A stretch of 64,000 nt of DNA, taken from NCBI RefSeq assembly GCF_963921235.1, contig NC_086097.1, positions 196,852,001-196,916,000 on the forward strand, in the 5' to 3' direction. The stretch comes from Mobula hypostoma. Lineage: Eukaryota. This document shows positions 1 to 12,295 of the stretch, piece by piece. Made by a program: the position numbers and the translations under genes. Each line of letters starts with the position of its first letter. The first letter of the stretch is position 1. Below the pieces are notes generated by a model, which saw only the letters and a program-made list of their open reading frames with translations, did no database searches and was not told where the DNA came from.

Positions 1-935
1 CTTTGACTTCTCTTGTCAGCCATGGTTGTGTCATGTTGCTTTTAGTATGCTTCTTCCTCTTTGGGATGTATATATCTGTATTTTTCCCAGAAATTCCAGC
101 CATTGCTGCTCTGCCATCATCCTTGCCGGTGTTCTTTTCCAATTAATTTTGGCCAGCTCCCCTCTCATGCCTCTGTAATTTGCTTTACTCCATTGTTATA
201 CTGATACATCTGACTTTAGCTTCTCCTTCTCAAATGGCAGGGTTAATTCTATCATATTATGATCACTTGCCCCTGAGAGATCCTTAACTTAAGCTTGCTA
301 ATCAATTCTGGTTCATTGCACAACACCCAGTCCAGAATAACTGATCTGCTAGTGGGCTCAACCATGAGCAGCTCTAAATAACCATTTCGTAGGCACTCTA
401 GAAATTTCTCCTCTTGGAATCGAGCACCACACCAGTCTGGTTTTCCTAATCTACTGCATATTCAAATCCCCCATGACAATCATAGCATTGCCCTTTAGGC
501 ATGGAATGTATATCTCCCGTTGTAAATAGTAGATCATATCTTTACGAAGATATTATGACGAAGGGTCTCGGCCTGAAACGTCGACTGTACCTCTTCCTAG
601 AGATGCTGCCTGGCCTGCTGCGTTCACCAGCAACTTTGATGTGTGTTGCTTGAATTTCCAGCATCTGCAGAATTCCTGTTTGTGTTCATATCTTTACTAC
701 TGTTTTAGGGTCTGTATATAACTCCCATCAGGGTCTTTTTATCCTTGCGGTTCCCGAGCTCCACCTACATTGATTCAGACCTTCTAACCCTATGTCACCA
801 CTTTCTAATGATTTGATTTAATTTTTTACCAACAGAGGCATGCTACCCCCTTTGCCTACGTGCCTGTCCTTTTGATACAATGTGTACCCTTCGACATTAA
901 GCTCCTAGCTATATCTTCTTTCAGCTATGGTTCAG
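1..935 (-). mobile_element. CR1 LINE fragment (APE region)
   Basis: Homologous to 45790-46590 (SDHNMI, MGD[F/L]N remnants on the minus strand). Confidence 0.8.
546..685 (+). mobile_element. Penelope pLTR-derived mini-element
   Basis: 12-bp TSD tcatatctttac (534-545 / 686-697); pLTR homology starts at atgacgaagggtctc; inserted in a CR1. Confidence 0.85.
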
Positions 936-1356
936 TGATGTTTCTTTTAATGGGTGCAATATTTTAGACGATCCTTTTCTCTTTGCTTCTTGAAAACTTC
1001 TGTGAAGTTTGTATTAGTGAGTAATCCATAATGGACAGGAGCTGAATGAGGACTTTTATTCAACCAGTTATAACATTTTTAATTTGTTGCAATGTTTAAT
1101 ATTATAAATGTTTTTGAATCTTGGCAAATTTGAGACAACTTCAGTATTTGCATATAGTGCATGTGAAAGAATAGGTTCTAATGTGTTCAATAAAATTGAA
1201 ATAGTTTAAATATGAAATGTTACAGTCAAAGTTATATAGTCATAATTTTTTATGCTATCAATGTCAATGACATGTTAACAACATTCATCTAAAAAGTATA
1301 CAAGTCTTTCTTGGGCTTATGTCTTAGCCTTGCATGTTGTTGGTATTCTTTTTTAG

Positions 1357-1650
<294 letters not shown>

Positions 1651-2442
1651 TAGTTGAACCATACTAGTTGGAAAGGTTCTGAGTTCAATGGTAATCAGCA
1701 GTTTTTAAATATTAACCCTGACATTGACTAAGAGTAAACATTTAGCTTAGTCTTTTAATTTGAATTTTTTCTAATAGTGGGAGCAGTGTGAATGACATCA
1801 GATGATGACAGTTGCTTAATAGTAGATAGAATAATTGATGGAAATTATTACGACTTTATGATGAATAGTAGCAGCTGAGCAGGGGAATTGGGGGTTATGG
1901 GAAGAGGCAGGTAGATGGAGCTGAGTCCACAGCCAGATCAGCCATGATTGTATTGAATGGTGGAGCAAGTTTGATGGGCCAAATGGCCTACTCCTCTTTC
2001 ATATGTTGAGGGAGTTATAGAGAGAGCATATGCCCATATCCATATAACATTAGTCCCATTTTCCCATTTACTTCCTTACATTCATGCCATCAACTCATTC
2101 ACACACACCCCACCCCCGCACACAGGTGCATTTTACTATTGTCATCCAATGCCGCACACTCTGCTTCCAGCACTACAAAAGCTACTTAATAAAATAAGAA
2201 TAATTTGTTAACCATTTTACAAGGAATGAAAATTTGAAAATGAACAAAATAACACAAATATTTTGATTCGTAGCCATTTGATTTGTCATTCACCAGCACC
2301 CATTTTTGTCATTTAATCAGTTTGTTCACCCTGTAGATGCCTGAGAATTTTTGATTATTTTCTGATTTCTAGCGTCTCTGTGATGTGCATTTTCATTTGC
2401 ATAAATGGAGCGGTAACATTATGATTTCATGCACGTGAATGT

Positions 2443-3145
2443 GCGGCGCTATGGTAGTGTAGTGGACGCTATTACAGCGTGAGTCTTCGGAGTTAAATTC
2501 TGGTGCCGTCTTTCTCCCTGTCACCAAGTGCGTTTACTCCGTGTACTCTGGTTTCCTCCCACAATCAGAATCAGGTTTAATATCACCAGCATGTGACTTG
2601 AAATTTGTTACCTTAGTAGCAGCAGTTCAATGTAATACATAATCTAGCAGAGAGAGGAAAAAAATAGTAATAATAAATCTTATTCCGTATACTTTATACA
2701 GTATATGTATGTTGAATAGTTTAAAAATCGTTCAAAAACTGAAATACTATATATTTTCTTTAAAATGTGAGGTAGGGTCCAAAGGTTCAATATCCATTTA
2801 GGAATTAGATGGCAGTGGGGAAGAAGCTGTTCCTGAATCTTCAGGCTTCTGTACCTCTTACCTGATGGTAACAGTCAGAAAAGGACATGCCCTGGGTGCT
2901 GGAGGTCCTTAATAATGGACGCTGCCTTTTTGACACACTGCTCCTTGAAGGTGTCCTGGGTACTTTGTAGGCTATTACCCAAGATGGAGCTGACTAAATT
3001 TACAACCCTCTGCAGTCTAAAAACATACTGGTTAGTAGGTTAATTGGTCATTGTAAGTTGTTCTCTGATTAGGCTAGGGTTAAATTGGTGGGTTGCTGGG
3101 TGGCATGGGCCAGAACGGCCTGTCCGCGTTGTACCTCTAAATTAA
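2443..3145 (+). mobile_element. V-SINE (HE1-like) split by a minus-strand LINE 3' fragment (2563-3014)
   Basis: tRNA-like head and core ctctggtttcctcccaca, resuming at gtctaaaaac...ttaattggtcattgtaa. The insert starts with an atcagaatcag tail. Confidence 0.75.
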
Positions 3146-3178
3146 TTAACTAATCAACATCAACTTTCCTCTTAATAG

Positions 3179-3355
<177 letters not shown>

Positions 3356-3964
3356 TAATTATTGAACAGTTGATCATAACAATTGCAAATTGGTAAAACA
3401 GATTTGCTACAGTTATGTGCTAAACATGATATTAAAAACTAAACATTCATGTGAGTACCATGTTCACATGTTTTTGAGGCATGGTTTAATATTATTCCTC
3501 TAGAATGAGTCAGAAGGTTGCAGGCTCAAATTCCATTCTCAGGATTTGAGCTCCAAATCTAAGTTAACACTGCATGATATTGCTGAGGTGGTGCTGCAAC
3601 TCTCAACGTGGCTCTCTCTGCCTTCTGGGGTGGGCATAAAAGTTTTTGTGCCGTGAAACAATATTTATCCCTTGACCAGCAATGCAGAAGCAGCTTACCT
3701 GTTGTTAAAATATTGCTGTTAATGGGATGTTGTCCATAATTTTTTTTGTTAAATGGCAATGGTAATCAGACTTCAGAGTACTTTAGCTAAATTTTTGGTT
3801 ACATCCAAAAGTGATGGAATGTCCTACTGTAGTACTTGCTTTTCCTTAGTATGTCAGTGGGTGATTGTTAAGCATGTTTGTGTGTGAGGTGTATATTTTG
3901 GATGTTTTTAAGTTCTATACTGAACTTCAGGATATAACTTGTATTTTTAAATAAAGTGAAATAA

Positions 3965-4099
<135 letters not shown>

Positions 4100-4267
4100 T
4101 AATTCTTTAAGTCTGCTACTTTTCATACTGCTTTTATCTCCCAATACACTAAATACCATATAAACCATTTAAAAATTACTGTAATAAATATGATAAAACA
4201 GTAGCATTCTGGAGTGATTTGATGGGCCAAAGCCCCTGTTCCAAACTGCATTTCCCTAAGATTCTGT

Positions 4268-4453
4268 GGGGTGTCAGGGAGGGGTAGCACCTCTGATGGG
4301 GGAACATGTCGCGTCCTTTTCAGGGCGGTTAGTCCACCTTTGGTCCCCACCTGGCACTCAGCTCTCACCTGTGGCTCCTCGTAGCTGTTTGCATGCGACA
4401 GCGGCCACACCCCGGGCAACGGCTTCGACAAGCCGGCTAAACCAGGTGAGGGT
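4268..4453 (+). ncRNA. HDV-like self-cleaving ribozyme (predicted)
   Basis: P1 GGGGTGT 4268-74/ACACCCC 4407-13; P2 4361-72/4441-53; P3 GGC/GCC; L3 TCCTCGT; P1.1 CC/GG; GCAA; P4 CGGCTT/AAGCCG; J4/2 GCTAA. Confidence 0.85.
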
Positions 4454-4820
4454 AGCCGACGGGTCTCAAACCCTCGGTGAGATAGGGAGTTGCCTGTCCC
4501 AGCATGTGAAGACAGACTCCGGCGGATTGAGCGGACGAGACCAATGGAAGGTCCAACGGTCAAGAAGGCGGTCTCTGCAAGCGTCGTGGAACGTGTAGAG
4601 CAGGACAAGACACAGAAGACGTCCTGGTCATCCACTGCGCCTAGTCCCATCTCCAGCCGTCTTGACTCTGTCTTGCCACTGGATCCAGATGGGAATTGGG
4701 AAGAGAGAGTGAGGCTGACGCTGCGCAACTCTCCCTCAGTTAAATCCAAATCACACGCTAGTCTCGATACCATCATAATGGTGTTGAGGTCCTCATCGAC
4801 GTCAATGATGGACGAACAAC
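4268..4820 (+). mobile_element. Non-autonomous retroelement with 5' HDV-like ribozyme (RTE-like)
   Basis: GC-rich ~550 bp insert in an AT-rich intron. It starts at the ribozyme G+1 and ends in a stem-loop (ccatcat/atgatgg) plus an aacaac tail. No RT ORF. Confidence 0.7.
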
Positions 4821-5296
4821 ATACTGAGATGAAAAATGGTTTTGAGTGCTAAATTCTCCCTAAATTGATGATTATTCCTAGAACTATAAACAAGTAGCAA
4901 TTTACCAACTTCTGTGAGTCTTACAAATTCCACCTGTATTCATTGTGTTATTGTTCAGAGTTTCCTGGTTAGTGTCTGGTACAAATAATTTTTAATTGAA
5001 TAAAGGTAGGTTCTGACTCAGAAGGTGTCACATTGAAACAATGGCATTGCAGAATTATTTTAAGGCAACTGACTAATATATCCTTTTTATAAAGATCAAT
5101 TCTTAAATCCAAGGTTTCTTTTCTGTTTTTTAGTTTCATCCATATGTGATAAGTACTTGTTAATAGCTTTATAATCACTTTTAATGTAGATTTAATTGTT
5201 ACAGAAAAGAATAACATGCATTTCATATCTTTCATTGAAAAATATTTTGGCAGTAAGGATTAATTGTAAGTTGTTGTTACTATTGGGTTTTGTAAG

Positions 5297-5590
5297 TGGT
5301 AGATGAACATAGTAGTTAGGGCAACACTATTACAACAGCTTGAGTCGTCAGAGTTCGGAGTTCAAATCCAACATCGTCTGTAAGGAGTCTGTACGTCCTC
5401 CCCCAGGAGTGCATGGGTTTTTCTGGGTGCTCCAGTTTCCTCCCACAGTCCAAAGACATACAGGTTAGTAGGTTAATTGGTCATTATAAATTATCCTGTG
5501 ATTAGGATAGAGTTTAATTGGGGGGTGCTGGGTGGCCAGAAGAGCCAATTTCGCAGTGCATCTCTATGAGTAGATAAATAAATAAATACA
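5297..5590 (+). mobile_element. V-SINE (HE1-like)
   Basis: gttcaaatcc B-box-like motif, core gggtgctccagtttcctcccacagtccaaagac, (taaa)n tail. Confidence 0.8.
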
Positions 5591-5602
5591 TTCCACATAA
5601 AT

Positions 5603-5825
5603 CAGGGGTCCCCAACCTTTTTTGCACCACAGACCAGTTTAATATTGACGATATTCTTGCGGACCGGCCGATTTGGGGGGGGGGGGGGTGGTGTTCAAGT
5701 TCAACAGTGCGTGACAGGGAACGAGGAAAGGTGCAGCTGACTCATATCATTTCATATCGCCAAATCATATCGTTTCCGCGTGACCCAGTAGCACTTGCTC
5801 GCGGCCCCGTGGTTGGGGACCACTG
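5603..5825. mobile_element. hAT (Charlie-type) MITE
   Basis: TIRs caggggtccccaacc / ggttggggaccactg; 8-bp TSD acataaat / acgtaaat. Confidence 0.88.
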
Positions 5826-6146
5826 ACGTAAATAACCAATGTGATGTTGGATTGCCCACTGAGTTGAGAGTATACATTTTACATAATCCTGGGCCGTATC
5901 CTCATCCAAAAATGGTGCACCCAGAAATGCAGTGCTCTTTATTATTACTGGGGATGATGAATCCCTGGAGTTGAATTTGAGTCTAAGACCTTCTGACTTA
6001 GCCAAGAATACTATGACTGAATGAATCAAATTCTCTGTATAATCATTGCACATTCTATCCTACATTTTGTCACATGCTTTTGAAATTCTGTAACTGCAAT
6101 ATAGGATTTTGCTTGGAATAAGTAATCATTTTACTTGTTATTGTAG

Positions 6147-6296
<150 letters not shown>

Positions 6297-6423
6297 TGAA
6301 GAAATTGTGCATTAAATATGTGAGTCTGAATAAATATTAATTCTCACCAAAAATGCTGTTTTAAATTAAAAATTTCTGTAAACAATTTTTGTTAATCTTA
6401 CGAATTTGAAAGAGACAATATTA

Positions 6424-7100
6424 CTCAGGAAACTGGCATGAAGTCTATGGGAATTAAGGGAAACAAGTAGTGAGATCATGGAAACTGTACAAATCGAAAA
6501 GGAGGAGGTCCTTGCTGTCTTGAGGAATATTAAAGTGGATAAATCCCCGGGACCTGACAGAGTGTTCCCTCGGACCTTGAAGGAGACTAGTGTTGAAATT
6601 GCAGGGGCCCTGGCTGAAATATTTAAAATGCCGCTGTCTACAGGTGAGGTGCCGGAGGATTGGAGAGTTACAGACAAAGGTTGAATAGGTTGGGACTTCA
6701 TTCCCTGGAGCGTAGAAGAATGAGGGGAGATTTGATAGAGGTATATAAAATTACGATGGGTATAGATAGAGTGAATGCAAGCTGGCTTTTTCCACTGAGG
6801 CAAGGGGAGAAAAAAACCAGAGGACATGGGTTTAGGGTGAGGGGGGAAAAGTTTAAAGGGAACATTAGTGGGGGCTTCTTCACACAGAGAGTGGTGGGAG
6901 TATGGAATGAGCTGCCAGACGAGGTGGTAAATGCGGGTTCTTTTTTAACGTTTAAGAATAAATTGGACAGATACATGGATGGGAGGTGTATGGAGGGATA
7001 TGGTCCGTGTGCAGGTCAGTGGGACTAGGCAGAAAATGGTTCGGCACAGCCAAGAAGGGCCAAAAGGCCTGTGTCTGTGCTGTAGTTTCTATGGTTTCTA
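6424..7100 (+). mobile_element. CR1 LINE fragment with internal deletion near 6668
   Basis: KSPGPD...VPEDWRV fused to the 3' end (LERRRMRGDLIEVYK...FTQRVV); ttctatgg tail. Confidence 0.85.
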
Positions 7101-7578
7101 TTTGGAAGTTAGTGATTCTTTGTGACTGTAACATTTATACATGCTGCATTTATCCTAATGGTGGGACAAAGTCAAAGCGTGGAGTAATTTTTAAATGATA
7201 TAACTGTCCAGGAATTCTGTTCAACTGGTGTGTTTTGGTTCAGATTTGCCCTTTACTATGTGTGTAATCTTTGGTTGCAGCTGTATCAGCTAAAATAATT
7301 TGAATAAGAATTGAGGTCTTTGGCTGACTGAAAGACAGTGGAAGTGCAAATATGTCTGTTTGGTGCATTTTCAAGCTGTTCTACAGGCTGGATGCTTCCA
7401 AAATAAAATTAGCATTAAAATTGAATATTGTAGATGGTGAATTATTCTAGTGCAATAGGATGATATAATTTAATGGTGATCTGTTGTGGGAACTAGTATA
7501 TACTATAATGAAATAAATATTGTGGTAGATAAAGTTATTACATTAATGATATTAATACTTATGAAGCATAAATGGTGA

Positions 7579-7743
<165 letters not shown>

Positions 7744-7772
7744 TAATTTCAGCTGTCTAAATGTCACTATGC

Positions 7773-7852
7773 CAGCGGTTCCCAACCTTTTTTATGCCTA
7801 TGACCCCTGTCATTAACAGAGGGGTCCATGGATGTCAGGTTGGGGCCTTCTG
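7773..7852. mobile_element. 80-bp hAT-type MITE
   Basis: TIRs cagcggttcccaacct / aggttggggccttctg; 8-bp TSD cactatgc / cactgtgc. Confidence 0.8.
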
Positions 7853-8736
7853 CACTGTGCAACTGATGTTCCATAGCAAATAAAATATATTTTCTAGATT
7901 CATTATTACTGAAAAATGTTAGTTTGGACTCATACTTGAAAGTAGTAATCAAGATTATAAATAGTCTGATCTGTTTGTTTGAAAACTGCAAAATTCTAAA
8001 TGAGAATCAACTATTTTCCAGACTTCCATCCCATGTTCTATTGGCCTACATTTAGATAAATATAAAGATGGTGAAATTGTTGAACAATTATTAGCTTTAT
8101 TTGTCACATGTACATCAAAACATACAGTGAAATGTGTCATTTGTGTCATTGACCAACGCTGTCTGAATATGTACTGGGGCCAGCCTGTAAGTTCTTCTTG
8201 ATGCTTCTAGCACCAACACAACATGCCCACTGCTTATTAACCCTACCTCATATTTGTCTTTGGAACATGGGAAGAAAGCAGAGCTCCTGAAGGAAACACT
8301 CGCAGAGAGAGTGTACAAATCCTTACAGACAGCAATGAGAATTGAACCCCAATACACTAACCTCTATACTATCGTGCCACCTAAATGGGCATTGAAATTT
8401 TCTCAAACATGTCAATTCAGCAATCATTATTTTGAAAGCCTATGGAGCCATGTCACTTAAAATATTCAGACTAAGTAAGTTTTCTATGCAAAAAGACTTC
8501 AAAAATATTGCTTTTGCCAGCGACTCAGATTAAAATTTTGAAAATTGGTTCAGTGATGACTTTTGTCAGTTTGATTAATTTAGAGAGTTAACTAGAATTG
8601 TTAATGATTTTAAATTGAATTGGCTTGAAGGAAACTATATCCTGTTTGAAACACAGCTAAGCTGTAGGTTATATACTTCTATTTTTCCTGATATGAAGTG
8701 CAGTATTTCGTTAGTATTGTTGATTGTTTTCACTAG

Positions 8737-8828
8737 GGAAGTAAGACTAGGCCGGAATGGTGTTGCAGAAATAAAAAAGCATCCTTTCTTCCGAACTGAT
8801 CAATGGACCTGGGAAAATATTAGAGAGA
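8737..8828 (+). CDS. ROCK1: ROCK1 coding exon (EVRLGRNGVAEIKKHPFFRTDQWTWENIRE)
   Basis: actag|G acceptor, A|gtaagt donor, 92 nt. Confidence 0.96.
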
Positions 8829-10620
8829 GTAAGTTATCATAACTGTCACTCATAAAAAATGTTTTGCAATGTTATTCTACAATTGTATTGAAAAACATTA
8901 TATCTTTTTGTATTTTCTGTTGGACACGATCATATTTTCTAGCAGGTTGGAAAATCGTATTCCATTGATGTCAATGTGCTATTTTTATTCATGTAGCTAT
9001 AAATTGTGAGTAATGGCAAGCTTCTGACTCTATTGCTGATCTTAAACGTGATTTTTCCATCTTTACAAGTCACTTATCTTTATGGCCATCCTTTGTTATA
9101 TGTCTGTAATCTATAAATCTAGGTCCCCTGATCCAGGAGAAAAGATTGTGTTGAATGGGCCTTTGAGTTTTGAAGAATGTGTGATTCTTTTGTTGAAGCA
9201 CAATTCTGAGGAGGGTTAACCATAGTAGAACTGTGAAAATGATTCCTCTGGAAGCTGAGTCAAGAACTAGGAAAACAGTCGCAGGTTAAGGAGAGGGTCG
9301 CTTAAGGCCAGCAGTATTTCCTCATTTGCTTGCAAATCTTAGAATTATTTATGCCCGAGAGTCTTGGCGGTTAATCTATTCTCATCATATTAAGAGTTTA
9401 CATTGGTTCCTTGTTGCCTCAGGTTTTGTATTCTACACTTCCATAAAAACAAAACCAGAATTCTTATTTCTTCTTTATGATTAAGTTTGGAGAAGTGGCT
9501 TGGTGTTGGTAACCATGTACTACTAATGTGTTGGAAAGTGAATATAGATGGTCATAGAGAAGTACAGCACAGAAACCAACTGTTCGGCCAATCTAATCCT
9601 TGCCAAAACCTTTTAAGCTGTCTACTCACATCAACCTGCACTGGGACCATAGCTCTCCATACCTGTACTATCCATGTACCTATCCAAACTTCTCTTAAAT
9701 TTTGAAATCAAGCACGCATGCACCACTTTGTCCTGACAGCTCATTCCACACTCTCATGACCCTCTGAGTGAAGACATTTCTGCTCATGTTCCCCTTAAAC
9801 TTCTCACCTTTCACCCTTAACTCATGACCTCTGGTTTAGTCCCACCCATTCTCAGTGGAAAAAAACCTGCTTGCATTTATCCTATCTATACCTCTCAGAA
9901 GTTTGTATACCTCTATCAAATCTGCCCCCAAGCTTCATGTTCCAAGGAATAAAGTCCTAAACTGTTCAATCTTTCCTTATAACTGAGATCCTCTGTCCCG
10001 GCAACATCCGTGTAAATTTTTTTCTGTACCCTTTCAACTTTATTAACATCCTTCCAAAACTGCACGCAGTACTACAAATTTGACCTCACCAATGTCTGAT
10101 ACAACTTCCAACATAACATCCCATCTGTTGTACTCAGTACTTTGATATATGAAGCCCAATGTGCCAAAAGCTTTCTTTAGGACCCTATCTACCTGTGATG
10201 CCACTTTCAACGAATTAATGGCCCTGTATTTCCTAATCCCTTTGTGCTACCACACTCCTCTGTGCCCTAAAGTTTGCTGTGCAAGACCTACCCTGATTGA
10301 TCCTACCAAAGTGCAAAATCTCTCACTTTTCTGCATTAAATTCTATCCACCATTTTTCAGCCCATTTTTCCAGCTGATGCAGATCCCTCTGCGAGCCATG
10401 ACAGCCTTCCTCACTGTCAACTACAGCCCCCAATCTTGATGCATCTTCAAATTTGCTGATCCAGTTAACCACATCTTCCAGATCATTGATATAGATGACA
10501 AACAACAAATGACCCAACACTGATCGCTGCAGCACACCACTAGTCACTGGCCTCCAGTTGGCAAGATAACCCTCAGTATGCACTCTCTGGCTTCTCCCGC
10601 AAAGCCAATGTCAAATACAA

Positions 10621-11311
10621 TTTTTTTTAGATTATGAGAACACTCAGTCCTCGTTTATTGTCAGTTAGAAATGCATGCATGCATTAAGAAATGATACAAT
10701 GTTCCTCCAGAGTGATATCACAGAAAAAACAGGACAAACCAAAGACTAACACTGACAGAACCACATAATTATAACGTACAGTTACAGCAGTGCAAAACAA
10801 TACCATAATTTGATAAAGAACAGACCACGGGCACGGTAAAAAAAAAGTCTCAAAAGTCCGGAGTCGATCGACTCCCGAGTCCCCGATAGCAGGTGGCAAA
10901 GGGAGAAACTCCCTGCCATAAACCTCCAGGCACCGACAACTGCCGATGCATTGGAAGCACCTGACCACAGCCAACACTGAGTCCATCCGTCCGAAAACTT
11001 CGAGCCTCCCACCAGCCCCTTTGATACAGCCTCCTGATTGCCATCCTCTGCTGAGTGCCTTCGACCTCGCCCCGGCCGCCGAAACAAGCAAAGCTGAAGA
11101 TTCGGGGCCTTCTCCGGAGATTCTGGACCACACAGTAACAGCGGCAGCGAAGGAGGCATTTCAGAAGTTTCTCCAGACGTTCCTCCGTACTCTCACGTCT
11201 GTCTCCATCAAATCAGAATTGTGCACGGTCCCCTACTTGACAAATAACAGACATCACCACCGAAGTGGCCGTGCGTGCTGTGTCGCACCGCCATCTTCTC
11301 CTCCTCCTCCC
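10621..11311 (-). mobile_element. Non-autonomous non-LTR retroelement, copy A
   Basis: 5' gagaagatggcgg (YY1-like), 3' aataaa...cataatctaaaaaaaa; interrupts a CR1. Confidence 0.8.
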
Positions 11312-11625
11312 TATTTCATCCTGATTGCTGAGCAACTGAACATTTGACCTTGTCAAATGCATTACTAAAGTCAATGTAGACAACATCCACTGCCTTGCCT
11401 TCATCCACTTTCCTGGTAACCTCCTCAAAAACTCTACAAAATTGGTTAGCTGACCTACCAAGCATGAAGCCATGCTGACTATCCTTAATCAGTCCATGTC
11501 TATCTAAATACTTATATATCCAGTTCTTAAGAATACCTTCCAATAACTTTCCCCCATTTGATGTCAGACTCACTGGCCTGTCATTTCCTAGTTCATGTTT
11601 AGAGCCTTTTTTAAAGAGTGGATTC

Positions 11626-12295
11626 GGGAGAAGATGACAGTGCGACGACAGCGTGCGCGGCCTCTCCGGTGATGAATATCTGTTATCTGTCAAGTAGGGG
11701 ACCGTGCACAATTCCTGATTTGATGGAGACAGACGTGAGTGTGTAGCGAAACATCTGGAAAACTTCTGAAATGTCTGCTTTGCTACAGCTCCTACTGTGT
11801 GGTAACCGGAATCTCTGGAGCTGTAGGCCTTGAAATCCTTGGCTTTGCGTGTTTCAGTGGCTGGGGAGAGGTCGAAGGCGCTCGGCAGAGGATGGCGCTC
11901 GGGAGGCTGTATCGGAGAGGCTGCTCGGTAGCTCGGAGTTTTCGGACAGATAGACTCAGGGTTGGCTGTGGTCGGTTGCTTCCAAGGTATCGGCAAGTTG
12001 ACGGTGCCTGGAGGTTCATGGCAGGGAGTTTCTCCCTTTTGCTGCCGCTATCGGGGACTCGGGGACTTTGAGGCTTTTTTTTACTGTGCCTCTGGACTGT
12101 TCTTCATCAAGTTATGGTATTGCTTTGCACTGCTGTAACTATATGATATAATTATGTGGTTTTGTCAGTGTTGGTCTTTGGTCTGTCTTGTTTTCTGTGA
12201 TATCACGCTGGAGAAACATTGTATCATTTCTTAATGCATGTATGCATTTCTAAATGACAATAAAAGAGGACTGAGTGTTCTCATAATCTAAAAAA
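11626..12295 (+). mobile_element. Non-autonomous non-LTR retroelement, copy B (inverted relative to A)
   Basis: 5' gggagaagatgacagtgcgac, 3' aataaaagaggactgagtgttctcataatctaaaaaa; colinear with the reverse complement of A. Confidence 0.8.

Noticed and set aside
4123..4852. Overlapping ORFs (217, 110 and 120 aa) across the ribozyme element
   Set aside because: No recognisable protein motifs. Open frames are expected in GC-rich sequence, and RNA structure explains the region better.
10684..12071. Cluster of ORFs (up to 226 aa) in the inverted element pair
   Set aside because: Frames are not conserved between the two copies. The 226-aa ORF is a chance fusion with CR1 RT remnants.
10621..12295. 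Reading the inverted pair as TIRs of one composite DNA transposon
   Set aside because: Each arm has its own AATAAA and poly(A) end, the arms are diverged, and the host CR1 is colinear through the spacer. These are two separate retro-insertions.
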